Of a stretch of 64,000 nucleotides of DNA, positions 9,016 through 17,886 are shown piece after piece. The position numbers were made by a program, and so were the translations under genes. The stretch is taken from assembly GCA_949051815.1 (NCBI GenBank), contig CARQVR010000006.1:30858-94857 (forward strand), written 5' to 3'. The first letter of the stretch is position 1. Every line of letters starts with the position of its first letter. The stretch is from an uncultured Lachnospiraceae bacterium. Lineage in GTDB: Bacteria; Bacillota; Clostridia; Lachnospirales; Lachnospiraceae. The notes below the pieces were generated by a model that ran no database searches, was not told the origin of the DNA, and saw only the letters and a program-made list of their open reading frames with translations.

Positions 9016-10326
9016 TTACTCCGTCTTCCACGTCACTGTCGTATTCGCGTTTATTTTGGTTCCGAAATCAAAATCCCAACTGCCGCTCTGCTCCGGAGCC
9101 AGCACAGGCGCAGAGGCCGTCTCTCCCCGTTTTACGGTCTGTGTTGCAAACACTTCGCCCTGATACTTGAAGGTCACCTTGTAAGTCTTCGGCTTCGCCG
9201 GTTTATCGTCGTCCTTCTTATCATCATCGGATTTCTCATCTTCCGGATTATTTCCGGTGTTTTCGTTCTGAGAACCGTCTCCGCCTGTATTGCCGTTATC
9301 CATGCTGCCGCCGTTTACGGGCTTCGCCGGTTTGGCAGGTTTTATGTCAGGCGCCTGCGGTCCGGTAGAAGGCTGTTCCGTCTTCGGCTCCATCCCGGGA
9401 GCCTTCGCCTTTCCTCCGTTTCCTTTTGCCGGTGTATTCTTATCCGTGTCTGCCTTCGTATGTACCTGCGCATCCGCCTCTTCGTCCGCGCTGCTCTGCG
9501 CTTCTGCTTCCACGATCTGCTCTGTCACGCTCTGCGCCGCCTGCTCTGTCTCATTCTCTGCGGCATCGCTGGCTGTGGCCGTCTCCGAAGCAAGCTTCGA
9601 CAGCTCCTCCACAGAGATACCTGTCAGATCCTGACCGTTCTCCATCATACCGAGGAGATTTTCGACTGCCTGCGAAGGAAGCGCGTCATACGCAATATCC
9701 GTGACGTCTCCTGCCGTTCCGTCCGCATACAGGATTAGCCCGCTGCCCGCCGGAACGAGTATTTCTTCCCCGAATCCGCCGTCCGGAAGGATGGACTTCG
9801 CCCCGACTTTTCCCTGAAAACAGGATAATTTTGTATTCTGACTGCCCGCTTCATCCACATACAGTTCCACGCGGTAGATCGTCCCGCGGACTGCCATCAC
9901 GGAGTTTGGTGTGGAAGTCTCAAAACGGGAACCTTCACTCAGCGGATTCTGGATCTCATTGGTAATGGCGCCCTGTTCCAGCGATATCTTTGTCCGGGAA
10001 TCCGCGTCCGTCCCTTCCGCCTCCACGGAAAAGACCGTATCCGCCTCCGCCATCACATATTTATCATCATCCAGCTTCATGCGCATACTGGAATCTGACG
10101 CTACGCTCACCCGGTCACCGGATTCCAGATACAGGTTCTCCGCCGCGTTCATGGATCCCACATTCTCCCGCTCGATCACGGCATTTCCTTCCACATCATA
10201 GACCAGTATGGAGCGGAATGTCTCTTCTTTTCCGGATAATAGCGCAATTACCGCCACAGCGGTCACAGCCACCGCAGCGCAGGCACAAATTATGAGCTTC
10301 TTATTTGATATCAGTTTCTGCATCAT
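9016..10326 (-). CDS. Membrane-anchored FecR-domain protein with acidic/Pro linker and C-terminal InlB B-repeat-like domain
   Basis: N-terminal TM, FecR-like motifs (LESGDRVS, LEQGAI, FETSTPNSVMAVRGT), and C-terminal YKVTF...TQTVKRGETASAP...WDFDF. Confidence 0.75.
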   Translation of the reverse strand: MMQKLISNKKLIICACAAVAVTAVAVIALLSGKEETFRSILVYDVEGNAVIERENVGSMNAAENLYLESGDRVSVASDSSMRMKLDDDKYVMAEADTVFSVEAEGTDADSRTKISLEQGAITNEIQNPLSEGSRFETSTPNSVMAVRGTIYRVELYVDEAGSQNTKLSCFQGKVGAKSILPDGGFGEEILVPAGSGLILYADGTAGDVTDIAYDALPSQAVENLLGMMENGQDLTGISVEELSKLASETATASDAAENETEQAAQSVTEQIVEAEAQSSADEEADAQVHTKADTDKNTPAKGNGGKAKAPGMEPKTEQPSTGPQAPDIKPAKPAKPVNGGSMDNGNTGGDGSQNENTGNNPEDEKSDDDKKDDDKPAKPKTYKVTFKYQGEVFATQTVKRGETASAPVLAPEQSGSWDFDFGTKINANTTVTWKTE

Positions 10327-10367
10327 CTGTCACGCCCCTCTTTTCACACACTGCTTTTACCTGTAAA

Positions 10368-11738
10368 CTATTTCGTAAATTCATAACTGCCGTCGGTCAT
10401 GACATAGAAATCTCTGCCGCCCGGATAAACCGACTTGTCGCCCTTTACTTTCCATTTGCCCTCGGCCAGATGATATTTCTCTCCCGCTTTCAGATCGTAA
10501 ACCCCGCTCTTTGAAATCACGTGATCCGTTACCGGCGGTTCCCCGTCTTCGCCCGGCGCGCCGCTTCCTGAGAGCGTGATCGCACACGTCTCTTCATTGC
10601 CCGCCTCGTCTATTGCCTTGATCTCGCAGGCTGTACTGTTCTCCTTCGCAGCCACCTTATAACTGCCGTCTTCCGGATTTACCTCCTGCCCGTTCACCAG
10701 AACGCGTTTTAAGTTGGCTTCCTCCACCATAAATCTGGTATCTTCCGGATAGGTCTGTCCAGACACCAGTGCCTGTCCCGTCGCCGCATCCTTTATGACA
10801 GGTTTCTTCGTATCTACTACGACTCCTTCGGAGCGGGCGTAATAGGTCTCTCCCCCCGTCTCCACTTTCACATATACGACATAACAGCCGTCGCTTAAAG
10901 GCTCAAGACTGATCGGCGGAGACTGTTTCTCACCCCAATACAAGGAATCCATCACATCTTCCGTCTTCGCCCCGGCCTTCATGTCCGCCACTTTATCCCT
11001 GTAACAGTAAACAGAGGCATCAGCGTCGATCTGACTGACAGATATCTCAAACATGGGCGCCCAGTTATTGACATACTTGAAGGTAATCTCTCCGCCCAGC
11101 GGACAGGTTATGTCTGCACCGCCGCTTGTAATGGTAATCTCAGGCGCATCCGCATCCTGTGAAGGCTCTGCCTCCATCACCTCCGCATCCGCCGCCGATA
11201 AAACACCGGCTTCCTGTATCTGATCCGCATTTACGTCTTCCTGACAGTCGCCGTCCGGCACATCCGTCTCTGCGTCATCCGGCGCGGCTTCATCATCCGG
11301 CACGTTTTCCTCATCCGACACGTTCCCGTCGCCGTCCGGCACATTTTCCCCATCCGACGCGTTCCCGTCGCCGTCCGGCACATTTTCCCCATCCGGCACG
11401 TTCCCGTCGTCCGGTACGTTTTCCTCATCCGGCACGTTCCCGTCGCCGTCCGGCACGTTTTCCCCATCCGGCACGTTCCCGTCGCCGTCCGGTACGTTTT
11501 CCTCGTCCGGCGCGCTCCCGTCGTCCGGCACCTTTTCCTCATCCGACACGCTCCCGCCATCCGGCACGTTTTCTTTTTCCGGAGCGGTTTCCTCTTCATA
11601 CAACGCGTCGTTGTCCGTAACAGTCGCTGCCCCGTTCTGCGCATCATCCGCCGCTGCCAGCATCGTACCTGCGGGCATCATGCAGCCAAGCAGTACCGTC
11701 AGCCCAAGCGCCGCCATTCTTTTCCAATTCTTGTGCAT
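10368..11738 (-). CDS. Secreted protein with Asp/Glu-rich tandem repeats and probable Ig-like beta domains
   Basis: Signal peptide MHKNWKRMAALGLTVLLG...AAA, repeats of DGENVP/DGDGNVP, and beta-rich C-terminal half (VVDTKKPVI...IKAIDEAGN). Confidence 0.7.
   Translation of the reverse strand: MHKNWKRMAALGLTVLLGCMMPAGTMLAAADDAQNGAATVTDNDALYEEETAPEKENVPDGGSVSDEEKVPDDGSAPDEENVPDGDGNVPDGENVPDGDGNVPDEENVPDDGNVPDGENVPDGDGNASDGENVPDGDGNVSDEENVPDDEAAPDDAETDVPDGDCQEDVNADQIQEAGVLSAADAEVMEAEPSQDADAPEITITSGGADITCPLGGEITFKYVNNWAPMFEISVSQIDADASVYCYRDKVADMKAGAKTEDVMDSLYWGEKQSPPISLEPLSDGCYVVYVKVETGGETYYARSEGVVVDTKKPVIKDAATGQALVSGQTYPEDTRFMVEEANLKRVLVNGQEVNPEDGSYKVAAKENSTACEIKAIDEAGNEETCAITLSGSGAPGEDGEPPVTDHVISKSGVYDLKAGEKYHLAEGKWKVKGDKSVYPGGRDFYVMTDGSYEFTK
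11250..11575. repeat. In-frame coding tandem repeat (alternating 18/21-nt units)
   Basis: Repeated CCGGCACGTTTTCC(C/T)CAT and CCGGCACGTTCCCGTCGCCGT units. Confidence 0.9.
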
Positions 11739-11831
11739 AATCACCGCCTCCACCCCTCACACATGAAATCTGATCTGTTGTCACGATACATACACATACT
11801 TCAATATATATATCGCCCTTTTTACTATAAT

Positions 11832-11860
11832 ATTTTACATGGAATCCATAATTTGGTCAA
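11832..11860 (-). promoter_or_regulatory. sigma-A promoter for the secreted-protein/FecR/cyclase operon
   Basis: TTGACC-17 nt-TAAAAT on the minus strand. Confidence 0.6.
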
Positions 11861-11870
11861 TTATTTAATA

Positions 11871-12148
11871 GGGCAGGCCCGCATCCTGCCTCTGCCGCTT
11901 TCTGACTCTATTCATAAGCAGACTCGAAATGCTACGCATTTCTCGTTCGCGTTGCTCGTCATAAATCGTCACAGTCAGTCTTGCGGGCAAGCCCGCATCC
12001 TGACTCTGCCGCTTTCTGACTCTATTCATAAGCAGACTCGAAATGCTACGCATTTCTCGTTCGCGTTGCTCGTCATAAATCGTCACAGTCAGTCTTGCGG
12101 GCAAGCCCGCATCCTGACTCTGCCGCTTTCTGACTCTGCTTATGCGCG
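11871..12148. repeat. Tandem 114-bp palindromic (REP/MITE-like) repeat, ~2.4 copies
   Basis: Near-identical units start at 11871, 11985 and 12099. They contain hairpins TGCGGGC-AA-GCCCGCA and GAAATGC-TAC-GCATTTC. Confidence 0.92.
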
Positions 12149-12150
12149 CA

Positions 12151-12184
12151 AGAAAACGCCCCGGAAGATTTCTCTTCCGGGACG
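12151..12184 (-). terminator. Intrinsic terminator of metK
   Basis: Minus strand CGTCCCGGAAGA-GAAA-TCTTCCGGGGCG followed by TTTTCTT. Confidence 0.75.
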
Positions 12185-12194
12185 CGGATTCTTT

Positions 12195-13376
12195 TTACAG
12201 ATATTTTTTCAGGGCATCCACCTTGTCAAGCTTCTCCCAGGGCAGATCCAGATCGTTACGGCCAAAATGTCCGTAAGCGGCAGTCTGCTTGTAGATCGGA
12301 CGGCGCAGGTCAAGCATCCTGATGATACCTGCGGGTCTCAAATCAAAGTTCTCGCGCACGATCTCCACCAGCTTGTCGTCAGCGATCTTACCTGTGCCGA
12401 AGGTGTCCACCATAATGGAAGTAGGCTGTGCCACGCCAATCGCGTAGGAGAGCTGGATCTCACACTTGTCAGCGATGCCTGCCGCCACAATGTTTTTCGC
12501 CACATAGCGCGCCGCGTAAGCCGCGGAACGGTCTACCTTCGTGCAGTCCTTGCCGGAGAATGCGCCGCCGCCGTGACGCGCATATCCGCCGTATGTGTCA
12601 ACGATGATCTTACGTCCTGTCAGTCCCGCGTCGCCGTGGGGGCCGCCGATCACGAAACGTCCCGTAGGATTGATAAAGAATTTGGTCTGGTCATCCACCA
12701 GCTCTTTGGGGAGAACCGGATCAAACACATATTTTTTGATATCTTCGTGAATCTGCTCCTGTGTCACATCCTCGTCGTGCTGGGTAGACAACACAACAGC
12801 CTCCAGACGAACCGGCTTGCCCGCCTCGTCGTACTCCACGGAAACCTGACTCTTGCCGTCGGGCCGCAGATACTTAAGGGTGCCGTCCTTGCGAACCTTA
12901 GTGAGCTGCAATGCCAGCTTGTGCGCCAGATCAATCGGATAAGGCATGTATTCTTCCGTCTCGTTGGTCGCATAGCCGAACATCATACCCTGATCGCCCG
13001 CGCCTGTGTCCAGATCGTCCGTCTGCTCGCCCTTTTTCGCCTCAAGCGCCTTGTCCACGCCCATAGCGATATCCGCCGACTGCTCGTCAATCGCCACGAA
13101 CACCGCGCATGTATTCGCGTCAAAACCGTACTCGGACTTGGTATAGCCGATCTCTTTCACGGTATCGCGCACAATTTTCTGCATATCTACATATGCGTTT
13201 GTCGTGATCTCACCGGTCACCAGCACGAATCCGGTACAAACCGCCGTCTCACAGGCCACGCGGCTCATGGGATCTTTTTCCATGCATGCGTCCAGAATCG
13301 CGTCGGAAATCGCGTCGCAGACTTTGTCGGGATGTCCCTCTGTTACAGATTCAGATGTAAATAATCGTTTCTCCAT
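12195..13376 (-). CDS. metK: S-adenosylmethionine synthetase
   Basis: [28 protein letters not shown]. Alternative start at 13388. Confidence 0.98.
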   Translation of the reverse strand: MEKRLFTSESVTEGHPDKVCDAISDAILDACMEKDPMSRVACETAVCTGFVLVTGEITTNAYVDMQKIVRDTVKEIGYTKSEYGFDANTCAVFVAIDEQSADIAMGVDKALEAKKGEQTDDLDTGAGDQGMMFGYATNETEEYMPYPIDLAHKLALQLTKVRKDGTLKYLRPDGKSQVSVEYDEAGKPVRLEAVVLSTQHDEDVTQEQIHEDIKKYVFDPVLPKELVDDQTKFFINPTGRFVIGGPHGDAGLTGRKIIVDTYGGYARHGGGAFSGKDCTKVDRSAAYAARYVAKNIVAAGIADKCEIQLSYAIGVAQPTSIMVDTFGTGKIADDKLVEIVRENFDLRPAGIIRMLDLRRPIYKQTAAYGHFGRNDLDLPWEKLDKVDALKKYL

Positions 13377-13477
13377 TTTTTCCTCCATTCCGAAGCGTTT
13401 TACTTCTCCTTTTGTGTTGTATCATTTTTTACTCCATTTGTGCGCATCTTTTTGCTCCGAGGGCGCGGATCTGCCCA

Positions 13478-13515
13478 TAAAAGAAGTCCCCTGATTTCTC
13501 TGGAAATAAGGGGAC
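13478..13515 (-). terminator. Riboswitch-controlled terminator in the metK leader
   Basis: Minus strand GTCCCCTTATTTC-CAGA-GAAATCAGGGGAC then TTCTTTT. Confidence 0.8.
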
Positions 13516-13536
13516 CCGACATACAAGCATCAAATC

Positions 13537-13649
13537 CTCTTATTGTTCGATCACGCTGCCGTAACAGCTTCGCTCAGGTTGGCACCTTCCTTGTAAGGGG
13601 TTGCCGTGGCTTCACCGATCCTATGTATCTCCACCACTCTGAATAAGAG
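13537..13649 (-). ncRNA. SAM-I (S-box) riboswitch
   Basis: P1 CTCTTATT/AATAAGAG encloses CAGAGTGGTGGAG...GAAGCCACGGCAACC...AAGGTGCCAACCTGAGCG. It lies upstream of metK with a downstream terminator. Confidence 0.92.
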
Positions 13650-13684
13650 AAAGATATCACAATATAAAGTTTTATCTGTAAATA

Positions 13685-13713
13685 AACATACACCTGCCGG
13701 CAGTCTGTGTCAA
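13685..13713 (-). promoter_or_regulatory. sigma-A promoter of the SAM-riboswitch/metK transcript
   Basis: TTGACA-17 nt-TATGTT on the minus strand. Confidence 0.65.
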
Positions 13714-13787
13714 TACCTATTTTGCACGGGCACAGTTTTTGCCGGACACAAATAAGCGCTGTGCCTGACTTCGCCGCCGTCCGCCGG

Positions 13788-15080
13788 TCAACCGACCTTT
13801 AGCCTGAATTTCTGCATCTCCCTGTCCGTGGTTACCAGATCAATCTGCGCGCCGAGATGCTGCAGTTTCAGATGAAAGTCCTCATAGCCGCGCTGAATAT
13901 ACTTGATATCATCCACCGTGCTGATCCCGTCCGCCGCCAGCGCCGCAATGACAAGGGCCGCGCCCGCCCGCAGATCCGGCGCGGTAATATGCGCACCGGT
14001 GTATTTGGACACACCGTCGATAATCGCGGTGTTGCTCTCCACCTTGATATTCGCGCCCATACAGGTTAACTCGTCCACATATTTAAAACGATTCTCGAAA
14101 ATACTCTCCGTCACAATGCTGGTGCCTGCCGAAAGCCCGAGCGCCACCGTAATCTGCGGCTGCATGTCCGTGGGAAAGCCGGGATAAGGCAGCGTCTTTA
14201 CATGGGTATGTCCAAGCGGCTTCGCCGCCACCACACGCACCGCGTCGTCAGACTCCTCGATCTCACAGCCGATCTCCAAAAGCTTCGCGCTGATGGACTC
14301 TAAGTGCTTCGGGATCACATTCTTCACCGTCACATCGCCCTTCGTCACCGCCGCCGCAAACATAAAGGTGCCCGCCTCGATCTGGTCCGGAATAATGCCA
14401 TACTCCGTCCCGTGCAGTCTGGACACGCCCTTAATGCGGATCACATCCGTACCCGCGCCTTTTATGTTCGCGCCCATACTGTTTAAAAAGTTCGCCAGAT
14501 CAACGACATGAGGCTCCTTCGCCGCGTTCTCAATCACGGTGGTACCCTCCGCCATCACTGCCGCCATCATCACATTCATGGTCGCGCCCACAGTCACCAC
14601 ATCCATGTAGATATGGTTTCCCTTCAATTTAACCGCTTCCGCGCTGATGCGCCCATATCCGATTCCGACATCGGCTCCCAGTGCACGAAACCCCTTGATA
14701 TGCTGGTCAATGGGGCGCAGTCCGATATTACAGCCGCCAGGAAGAACCACCTCCGCCTTGCTGTATTTGCCAAGCAGGGACCCCAGAAGATAGTAGGAAG
14801 CCCTGATTTTTTTAATATAATCGCCCTCGATCACCAGATCGTGAACCTGAGAGGCGTTGATCTTCACCGTATGTCTGTCTATCCGGTTGACCACCACACC
14901 GATACTTTCCATAGCCTGCATCATGACATTGGTATCCCTGACATCAGGCACATTCTCTATCAATACGGTCTCGTCCGTCATAATGGCCGCCGCAAGTATC
15001 GCCAGCGCCGCATTCTTCGCGCCGCTGATCTCCACCTCGCCGACTAACGGATTCCCACCTTTAATCGCATATTGTTCCAT
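13788..15080 (-). CDS. murA: UDP-N-acetylglucosamine 1-carboxyvinyltransferase
   Basis: SGAKNAAL, LPGGCNIGLRPIDQH, PYPGFPTDMQ, DLRAGAAL. Confidence 0.97.
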   Translation of the reverse strand: MEQYAIKGGNPLVGEVEISGAKNAALAILAAAIMTDETVLIENVPDVRDTNVMMQAMESIGVVVNRIDRHTVKINASQVHDLVIEGDYIKKIRASYYLLGSLLGKYSKAEVVLPGGCNIGLRPIDQHIKGFRALGADVGIGYGRISAEAVKLKGNHIYMDVVTVGATMNVMMAAVMAEGTTVIENAAKEPHVVDLANFLNSMGANIKGAGTDVIRIKGVSRLHGTEYGIIPDQIEAGTFMFAAAVTKGDVTVKNVIPKHLESISAKLLEIGCEIEESDDAVRVVAAKPLGHTHVKTLPYPGFPTDMQPQITVALGLSAGTSIVTESIFENRFKYVDELTCMGANIKVESNTAIIDGVSKYTGAHITAPDLRAGAALVIAALAADGISTVDDIKYIQRGYEDFHLKLQHLGAQIDLVTTDREMQKFRLKVG

Positions 15081-15201
15081 CTATGTTTACTTGCCTTTCT
15101 TTCAAGAAAAAACTCAAACATTAAAATACAGTATACCAGATTTTGGGGGTTTGTAAACCCCACAGTTGCGCACCTGCCAGCCGCAGCGCATGACCAAAAC
15201 G

Positions 15202-16785
15202 TCAGTTCAGGTACTTAAACGGATCCACCTGCGCCCCGTTTATGAGAATTTCAAAGTGAATATGCGGCCCCGTGCTGACGCCCGTATTGCCGCTTAAGGC
15301 AATCTTCTGCCCCTGACTCACCGTCTGCCCCTGTTTTACCAGCACCTTGCTCAGATGGCCGTAACGGGTCTGCCTGCCGTCGGCATGGTCGATGTAGACC
15401 ACATAACCGTAGCCGCTGCCCCATCCCGCTCTGGAAACCGTTCCCGCACAGGATGCCATAACCGCCGTACCCACGGGCGTCGCCCAGTCCACACCTTTGT
15501 GATAGGTGCTTGCCCTTCTCGTCGGCGCTTTCCGTCTGCCAAACTGGGAAGAAAGCCTTCCTCCCGAAATCGGTTTCAGATAGGTAGGCGGAATCTTCGT
15601 GCCGCGCTCCACAATCTTAGGCACAGCCGCATAGGTGATCTCCTCTTTCAGGATCTCACGGGAAATCTCCTCGTTATTGCGGTAGGAAACATCCGCCACC
15701 ACCTTCCGGTGGCCCGCAGAAGGCTCCTGCAGCGTCTTCATATCGGTTGTATACCAGTCGTCGTTATCGACGTAAACAACGTCCGCCTCATAATCCTCTT
15801 CATAGTACATCTGCTCCGTGCGCTCCACGGAAAGCTCCGGTTCGGGCACGGTCACGATCAGCTCATCGCCCACACGAATCACAGAATTTTCATCCTCAAT
15901 GGTATCGTTCATGGCAATCAGCTCGTCTAACGGTATCTCATTTTTCTCGGCAATCTGGGAGAGCGTGTCCCCGCCTACCACCTCGTAAATCTGCTCCTTT
16001 TCCTGATCCTTGGTCACCTCGTCGATGGCCTGTCCAAGCGGCGTCAGCTCATAGTCCAGCAAATAGGACTCCACCACTTCCACCGTATCGCCGAAATTCA
16101 GTTCAAGAAGCCCCAGCTCATAATCGGAAAATTCTTTCTCCGAAGCCGGTTCAATGTCCGCAAAAATATCGTCCAGCACCGCGTTAATGCCCGCGCTGGT
16201 CATCGTCTCCTGCGCCTCCTGCGCTTCTTCTTTCTGTTCTTTGGCAGAATAAATCTGCGTCGTCAGCACATTAAGCTCTCTGTCAGCGTCCATCACAAGA
16301 TCCGCGTAGTAGTTATTGCCGCTGTCATATTTCCTGATGGAAGCCTGCAAAAGCGCAAGCACTTCCTCCGTGCTGGCCAGATTCACCGTATACTCGTTGA
16401 TCTTCACGGTATAAGAGCGGTTCAGTGTCTCTTTGACGCTGCCCCGCAGAGCGGTAAGCATGTTGGCGGTGATCACGCTCTTATCATCCACCGTGCCCCA
16501 GAGCACCTCCTGTCCTTCCCAACTCAGCTCACTCTCCGCAAGCACCATTTCATCGCTGCTGGCCGCAAGCGCCTTTCTGGCCGCGATCAGGCATTCGTCC
16601 GCCTCCCCGGCATCCCCCATGACGCCTACCTGCATCCCGTTTAAGTACACCGTAAAAAGGTTGTCGCCGTCGCTCTCAAGCGTCTGCATTCCGGGCAGGA
16701 AAAAAGCGGCCGCAATGCATGAAAGCACCGCAACCTTAATATATGCAATTTTCATTTTTTTATAATGTCTGCTCAATATTTTCAT
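15202..16785 (-). CDS. M23 peptidase with LysM and G5 domains (peptidoglycan hydrolase)
   Basis: LysM YEVVGGDTLSQIA, G5-like segment ending KIVERGTK, M23 HKGVD, YGHLS and TGPHIHFE. Confidence 0.9.
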   Translation of the reverse strand: MKILSRHYKKMKIAYIKVAVLSCIAAAFFLPGMQTLESDGDNLFTVYLNGMQVGVMGDAGEADECLIAARKALAASSDEMVLAESELSWEGQEVLWGTVDDKSVITANMLTALRGSVKETLNRSYTVKINEYTVNLASTEEVLALLQASIRKYDSGNNYYADLVMDADRELNVLTTQIYSAKEQKEEAQEAQETMTSAGINAVLDDIFADIEPASEKEFSDYELGLLELNFGDTVEVVESYLLDYELTPLGQAIDEVTKDQEKEQIYEVVGGDTLSQIAEKNEIPLDELIAMNDTIEDENSVIRVGDELIVTVPEPELSVERTEQMYYEEDYEADVVYVDNDDWYTTDMKTLQEPSAGHRKVVADVSYRNNEEISREILKEEITYAAVPKIVERGTKIPPTYLKPISGGRLSSQFGRRKAPTRRASTYHKGVDWATPVGTAVMASCAGTVSRAGWGSGYGYVVYIDHADGRQTRYGHLSKVLVKQGQTVSQGQKIALSGNTGVSTGPHIHFEILINGAQVDPFKYLN

Positions 16786-16795
16786 AGTAAATTAT

Positions 16796-17308
16796 TTAAA
16801 ACAGCTTTCCGTTCGTAAGCTGCATCAGCAGTGAGAACACATTGATTGCGATATCCACCGCCACCCCGGTCAAAACAACGATTAAAAGGACCAAAGGCGC
16901 CCTGCTGCCCTTAGACGTCTGATTCTGCTTTTCAAACTCCTCGGAAAAAGCCGCCTGTACATTGCGGTAAACCTTTACGTTTTCCCGGTGCACAAACTCC
17001 TCAGACTGTGTCAGCCGCTCCTCCAGAAGACTTTTGATCCCGGCAAGCTGCTCTTCCACGTCCTGCGCCTGTCCGCTCTCCGTCTCCAGCGCTTCCAGCT
17101 TTTCCATGCACTGTTTCAGCACGCTCTGCACATTGTCCACGTTCTCGGCGGTCTTGATGTTTACACGGCGGATCTCCTGCATCAGCTCGTCATAAGCTTT
17201 CATCTGTCTCTCCATCTGATCCATTCTGGCCGCCTCCGCCGCAGAATTTGCGCGGATCATCTCCTGTGCGTTTTTCTTCTGCGCCAGCTTATCTATAAAA
17301 GTATCCAT
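16796..17308 (-). CDS. Hypothetical coiled-coil protein with C-terminal TM
   Basis: 170-aa ORF with GGAG RBS, helical heptads and a hydrophobic C-terminus. Confidence 0.7.
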   Translation of the reverse strand: MDTFIDKLAQKKNAQEMIRANSAAEAARMDQMERQMKAYDELMQEIRRVNIKTAENVDNVQSVLKQCMEKLEALETESGQAQDVEEQLAGIKSLLEERLTQSEEFVHRENVKVYRNVQAAFSEEFEKQNQTSKGSRAPLVLLIVVLTGVAVDIAINVFSLLMQLTNGKLF

Positions 17309-17495
17309 AAACAGTCTCCATTTCCTTTATCTTCTATTTTGCCAAAAAACAGAAAAACCATGTCTGCATTTTAACATCTTTCCGCATTTATGACAACAGC
17401 GAAAAAAAGGGAGCCTTTCCAGACTTCCCCTTACCGGCTCTCCATTGTGCAATTTGCACATATTATATATTATATTTTTTACATATTTAGAAATA

Positions 17496-17549
17496 TTTAC
17501 TATATTTTTACACTTTGTTCACAATTTATTCATATTCAGGAAGTATACT
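17496..17549 (+). promoter_or_regulatory. Four phased TT(T/C)ACA-like boxes plus -10 (response-regulator-activated promoter)
   Basis: TTTACT 17496, TTTACA 17507, TTCACA 17518 and TTCATA 17529 at exact 11-bp period, then TATACT at 17544. Confidence 0.6.
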
Positions 17550-17555
17550 CATCTT

Positions 17556-17650
17556 ATACAAAACAACACGGGATGTCGTGTAACAAATACACACATAGAT
17601 AAATTTTTTCATAATAGCCCGGGTGCCGAAAGGTACCTGGGCACTCCTCA
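17556..17650 (+). ncRNA. Candidate small regulatory RNA (csRNA-like)
   Basis: Follows the phased-box promoter. Has a 5' mini-hairpin ACACG/CGTGT, unpaired TTTTTTCATAAT, an 11-bp GAAA-capped stem with G-U pairs valid only on the + strand, then CTCCT. Confidence 0.5.
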
Positions 17651-17652
17651 TG

Positions 17653-17800
17653 TCCGCGCATAAGCAGAGTCAGAAGCCATACGGAACATGTGCCATGCTT
17701 GCATGAGCGCATGAGCCGGATGGCTTATGACGAGCAACGCGAACGAGAAATGCGCAGCATTTCGAGTCTCTGCTTTTGCGCGGATCCCTGCTTATGCGCG
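17653..17800. repeat. Second copy (inverted) of the palindromic REP/MITE-like family
   Basis: 17-bp terminal IR TCCGCGCATAAGCAGAG / CTCTGCTTTTGCGCGGA. Core TTATGACGAGCAACGCGAACGAGAAATGCGCAGCATTTCGAGTC matches the reverse complement of the 114-bp unit with one difference. Confidence 0.88.
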
Positions 17801-17886
17801 CCTCTTTTCTGACAACAGCGGCACAGGAAAGTCTCCTGTGCCGCTTATCATAGTCTTTATCCTTGTTTTTATTATCTCCTGCCCGG

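Noticed and set aside
11871..12148. Possible CRISPR array
   Set aside because: The units are 114-bp near-identical tandem copies with no unique spacers, and there are no cas genes in the window.
11733..13364. 543-aa + strand ORF and the 79-aa - strand ORF at 11865-12104
   Set aside because: These are the antisense shadow of metK plus translation of the 114-bp repeat (a multiple of 3). They have no protein motifs.
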